A DNA stretch of 64,000 nucleotides from Lingula anatina (Eukaryota; Animalia; Brachiopoda): assembly GCA_051362555.1 (NCBI GenBank), contig CM120640.1, forward strand, positions 59,002,788 through 59,066,787, given 5' to 3'. Positions 50,326 to 64,000 of the stretch are shown piece after piece. A model generated the notes under the pieces. It did not search any database. It was not told the origin of the DNA and was given only the letters and a program-made list of their open reading frames with translations. Position 1 is the first letter of the stretch. Each line of letters opens with the position of its first letter. The position numbers and the translations under genes are program-made.

Positions 50326-52312
50326 TTAGTGTTTCATCCTGCCTCATTTTAATGCTCAGATAAACTGATTCAATAGTGATAGAGCCTATACCAAGAAACT
50401 GAGAATATTACTTGGCTTGGCTATTTGAAACCTGCTATCGGTCAAAGTAACCTGACTACTAACACGCTGCTTTGTGAACAAACAGAATTTGATTTTATTC
50501 ACCGTTTGCTATATATTACATATGTATAATTGGCTGTTGTCCTACACATAAGAACATTATTCTTACTGCAATGCTGAATAAAACCACAAGAAAATACTTT
50601 TCATTAGCTATATACAAAGGTGAATCAGATCTGCAAGGTGTTCATATGTGACAAATACATTTTAAAATCACAGAAGGATAAAAAATTTACCCTGCAAAAT
50701 ACTATAACCACAGATATTTGAAAATTTTATGTGATTACAACATTAAAACAGTAAACAATTATTACAGGGACGATAATACTGCTATGTGAATCAAATAGAA
50801 AGAAAAATACATGTAGTTTCATTATGATATAAAAATTTCCCTTACATTTATACACACAAGCTATGGTAGCTGTATCTACATTTACAAACATTATGAAAAC
50901 TTATCTGGCAGTGTAGGTTACCAAATGGAAAAGCTGCTGTAATGGCACATGCTGTGGAAGAGCATGCTTAAAATGTTACAAAAAGTAGACATTTTTCAAG
51001 ACATTTTCTATAGATATTCCTCTTACATTTTAAGATCAGTCTTATAGCTACATGGTGTTATGACCAATATGTTAACATTACTACTGGTCTTCACTGCCAA
51101 AAACATTAAAAAATTATTTGAAGGTGCATTTTTACAAATAATTTGTCCATGCTATTATAAGCAGAGTATAAAATTATAAATAACATTGAAACTCATTGTT
51201 TTAAAAATAACAGCTACAAGGATTGATAAAAATTGTCCACAGTGCTGATACCATATGGGAGCCCCATAAAGCTCAGCATATCAAGTGCCTGTATACGTAA
51301 TCTCATCTATCTTTAACGATATTTTCTGTAATAAACTAATATCATATTTTGATCATAAGACATCAAATAGTCTGTGCTCTGATGTACTTTGTACTATCAT
51401 CCTGCACATAAATGTAAGTAAAAGCTTTGATATGTGCCAAACAACAATAATAATAATAATAGTAGTTATGTATAACTAGCACTAAAAGGCAAGCCAAACA
51501 GTTTACAACTTCAAGTTGTATGCTTGAAGATTTGAGCAGTGACCAGTACAAATGTAGATGAATACCCAAAAGACTGACAACCAATGTAAGTCCTTGTTCA
51601 AGTATATAATGGTATAAAACTACAAAATATGAGATCTAATTAATGACTTGACTTATAATGTCCACTATGATGGATATCATAGGTCAGATCAACTTAAAAT
51701 ACATAGCAACCTTGCCATTAAAAAAAAAATTATCAGCATCAACAGAGGATGGCAACTGAAAGTGGAACTTTTTTGTGAGAAAAACACAGAGTGCAATACA
51801 ATTGCAGTAAACAAAATATAAAATCCAAAAACATCAAATTAAACAGAAAAATTCTGATTGTCAAAAAAATTAATCCAGCAAGTGTGAAAGTTCTTTACAA
51901 GCACAGTAGAAAAACATTTATCGAATTTTAAATCCATATGATTATTCTTTTATATGTAACACTATAAATTAAGCCAAAAGTTTATTATGAAAAAAGAAAA
52001 AAAAAACCTAAACAAGCACGAAGGCATGTAAAATATTCTATGGTGAGCAAAATATTTTCTTTTTTCAACAGCAATTAAAAGCACCTATAAAAAGCTATTA
52101 ATATTTGTTACAATCATCTGAGATCATTGAACATTTTTCCTTACAGGGTAAGTTGAGGCTAGCTATGTGCCCTGCCAATTATATGAAGTGTGCATATAAG
52201 TACTGTGATGTTATCAAAATAGGTCAGAAACTGTTACAGCTCTCGGAAAACCATATTTTGTAAGGCTAAAGAGTTATGGATAATGATATCAATTCCTAAC
52301 CACTTCATGAAG

Positions 52313-63505
<11,193 letters not shown>

Positions 63506-64000
63506 GCACGATCTCTAAGCAAGAGATTTAAGTAATAGCATTAACAACTGATCAATTAATCGACTGAAGTATGTGTTTAACACAAATTGAGAAGTTCTCT
63601 AAACACAAGCAGTGAAAATCCAACAAAACTCAATGTTCATATCTCTTTGTGTTTAGAACCCTTATAATTGTATAACTGATCACAAAAGTAAATGGTGAAT
63701 GTTTAGATCTAAGTAATACATAGTAATAATTAACTGTTAATGTTTATCGTAAATACAATTAAACTTTTCTTCTTTGGTTTTGCTGTCCAAAATTCAAAAC
63801 AAAATTAATGTTACATATACAAAACGATTACCATTAAGATGGCTATTTCTTTGACTTAATGGTGAACTGCATGACAAATGACATGCTTAGTTAAGTATGA
63901 ATGTGAGATTAATCCCAGATTTATTAATAATTGTAAGATAAATAGTTCAATCGATCGTCAAAAGATGACAAAGGCTCAATGCAAGGACTAGTGTGATAGT

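Overview
AT-rich, intron-rich eukaryotic DNA from an invertebrate, most likely a lophotrochozoan such as a mollusc (inferred from gene set, intron structure and repeat style). Five protein-coding genes can be assembled by hand. On the + strand: an inosine-uridine-preferring nucleoside hydrolase (5 coding exons), a P2X ATP-gated channel (11 exons plus a candidate 12-nt micro-exon), NUP205 (about 39 exons, one U12-type intron), and an intronless secreted T4-phage-type (GH24) lysozyme fused to a granulin-like Cys-rich domain. On the - strand: a CCDC62 orthologue. Much of the intronic and intergenic space holds two families of non-autonomous Helitron/Helentron-like (HINE-type) elements with internal 146-bp or 159-bp tandem arrays, nested into each other, plus small MITEs and microsatellites. 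The most interesting signals are (1) the phage-type lysozyme-granulin fusion, which looks like a domesticated horizontally acquired antibacterial gene, and (2) the nucleosome-length 146-bp mobile satellite, whose units carry a cluster of nuclear-receptor AGGTCA half-sites. All exon boundaries were read manually and need RNA-seq confirmation.
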